35,361 nucleotides of DNA from Pseudomonadota bacterium. Lineage in GTDB: Bacteria > Pseudomonadota > Gammaproteobacteria > Ga0077536. The translations under genes were made by a program, and so were the position numbers. The stretch lies in the NCBI GenBank assembly GCA_031418675.1, contig JANOXY010000744.1:1-35361 (forward strand), read 5' to 3'. Under the pieces are notes generated by a model, which saw only the letters and a list, made by a program, of their open reading frames with translations, ran no database searches and was not told the origin of the DNA. Of the stretch, positions 33,897-35,361 are shown one piece after another (within the stretch, counting starts at the first letter, position 1; each line of letters opens with the position of its first letter).

Positions 33897-35361
33897 GGCA
33901 AGGTTCCCGCTTGTGGACGGTATTCACCAAACACCGCAGTCAGGGTGCCGCAGATCTCGCCGATGGTGGTATAGGCTTTCACCGCGTCCAGCAGTGGGTA
34001 CATAAGATTGCCTTTGCCACGCGCCTCGTCTTCAAGCACGCGCAGGGCGCGTTGCACGGCGCCGTTGTCGCGCTCGCTGCGCAGGCGGGTCAAGCGCTGC
34101 AATTGTGCCTGCACACTTTCTTCCGACGGTCGATGCAGGTGGATGTCGTTCTCACTCTTGTCCTGGAAACGATTGACGCCCACCACCACCTGCTCGCCAT
34201 CTTCGATGCGACGTTGCAGGGCGTAGGACGAACGCGCGATCTCGGCCTGCACGCGACCTTCTTCGATGGACTTCAACATGCCACCTTCGGCTTCGATCTT
34301 GGCGATGGCCTTCACCACTTCCCGTTCGATCTCGTCGGTCAAGGCCTCGACATAATGGGAACCCCCAAGCGGGTCGATCACTTCGCCCACGCCACTTTCA
34401 TAGGCCAGCACCTGCTGAGTGCGCAGGGCCAGCGTGGCCGAGTGCTCTGAAGGCAAGGCCAGGGCTTCGTCATAGGCGGCAGTATGAAACGACTGCACAC
34501 CACCCAGGATCGCCGACAATGCATGCAGCGCCACACGCACGACGTTGTTGTCCGGTTGTTGGGCGGTCAAGGTACTGCCGGCCGAGCCCGCGCCGGTGCG
34601 CCACATCCACGAGGCCGGGTCGCGAGCACCAAAACGATCGCGCAGCAGCTTCGCCCACAGGCGGCGCGCGGCGCGGAACTTGGCGGCTTCGGGAAATATT
34701 TCGCAGGACGCGGTGAAGTTGAAAGCCAGGCGCTTGGCGAAAGAATCGATTTCCAGGCCACGTTCGAGGCAGGCTTCGATATAGGTGATGGCATTGGCCA
34801 GTGCAAAAGCCACTTCCTGCACCCGCGTCGAGCCGGCTTCGCGAATGTGATAACCGCAGATGTTCATGAAGTTCCAGCGCGGCAGATGTTTGGAACAGTA
34901 CTCAATGATGTCGATGCTCAAACGCAGCGACGGGCGCGGCGGGAAAATATAAGCACCGCGCGCGATGTATTCTTTCAGGATATCGTTCTGGGTGGTGCCA
35001 CTGATCTGTTCAGGTTTGAGGCCTTCTTTTTCAGCAACCGCGACATACATGGCGAGCGCCACCGAAGCGGCGGCATTCATGGTCAAGGACGGGCTGGCCT
35101 TTTCCAGCGGCAGGCCGCGGAAGATGGTTTCCATGTCGGCCATGGAATCAACCGCCACACCGACCACACCCACTTCGCCGCGCGCGCGGGGATCGTCGGA
35201 ATCCATGCCGAGCTGAGTGGGCAGATCAAAAGCAACCAGCAGGCCGCCTTGACCCTGGCCGAGCAGATACTGAAAGCGCTCGTGGGTTTCAGCAGCAGTA
35301 CCAAAGCCTGCGTACTGACGCATGGTCCACAGCTGGCCGGTGTACATCGAGGGATAGATAC
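33893..35361 (-). CDS. Methylmalonyl-CoA mutase-family large (catalytic, TIM-barrel) subunit; the 5' end runs off the right edge
   Basis: The frame stays open upstream of the ATG at 35347 (..IYPSMYTGQLWTMRQYAGFG). Blocks include LVAFDLPTQLGMDSDDPRARGEVG, GTTQNDILKEYIARGAYIFPP and NNVVRVALHALSAILGG. Confidence 0.85.
   Translation of the reverse strand, partial: IYPSMYTGQLWTMRQYAGFGTAAETHERFQYLLGQGQGGLLVAFDLPTQLGMDSDDPRARGEVGVVGVAVDSMADMETIFRGLPLEKASPSLTMNAAASVALAMYVAVAEKEGLKPEQISGTTQNDILKEYIARGAYIFPPRPSLRLSIDIIEYCSKHLPRWNFMNICGYHIREAGSTRVQEVAFALANAITYIEACLERGLEIDSFAKRLAFNFTASCEIFPEAAKFRAARRLWAKLLRDRFGARDPASWMWRTGAGSAGSTLTAQQPDNNVVRVALHALSAILGGVQSFHTAAYDEALALPSEHSATLALRTQQVLAYESGVGEVIDPLGGSHYVEALTDEIEREVVKAIAKIEAEGGMLKSIEEGRVQAEIARSSYALQRRIEDGEQVVVGVNRFQDKSENDIHLHRPSEESVQAQLQRLTRLRSERDNGAVQRALRVLEDEARGKGNLMYPLLDAVKAYTTIGEICGTLTAVFGEYRPQAGTLP

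Overview
High-GC (by eye about 60-65 %), densely coding proteobacterial chromosomal segment. I saw no tRNA/rRNA, CRISPR array, transposase, integrase or recognisable phage-defence genes.

Gene content, left to right:
1. A two-partner secretion locus: tpsB, then a large tpsA. The tpsA ORF runs off the left edge, so it is missing from the supplied ORF track.
2. A small lipoprotein and an SDR oxidoreductase.
3. An arsenic-type locus. On the minus strand: arsR, then an ArsN2-like GNAT fused to an FAD/NAD(P) flavoprotein, then a mini CMD/AhpD-like protein. A thioredoxin-type arsC diverges from arsR. There is no efflux pump.
4. A cytoplasmic Mo-oxidoreductase / EthD / thiolase operon and a DUF1504-type membrane protein.
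5. The NAD-dependent formate dehydrogenase operon fdsG-fdsB-fdsA-fdhD-fdsD.
6. A quinohaemoprotein PQQ alcohol dehydrogenase, an orphan TrpB2-like enzyme, a CMD protein and a cupin.
7. A Sec-signal RTX-repeat protein.
8. An acyl-CoA synthetase, an NtaA-type LLM monooxygenase, an aldo/keto reductase, MeaB and a split B12-dependent acyl-CoA mutase that runs off the right edge.

A 26-nt REP-like palindromic element occurs four times, at two convergent gene junctions.

The best candidate for something undescribed is the arsR-controlled operon. All three of its products (regulator, GNAT::flavoprotein fusion, CMD protein) end in C-terminal tails with repeated vicinal Cys-Cys pairs, and two of them share the motif APCCGP. 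This suggests an enzymatic, pump-less module for handling a thiophilic metal(loid).

Everything here rests on reading the translations and motifs by eye. No database search was possible, so all family assignments need HMM/BLAST confirmation.
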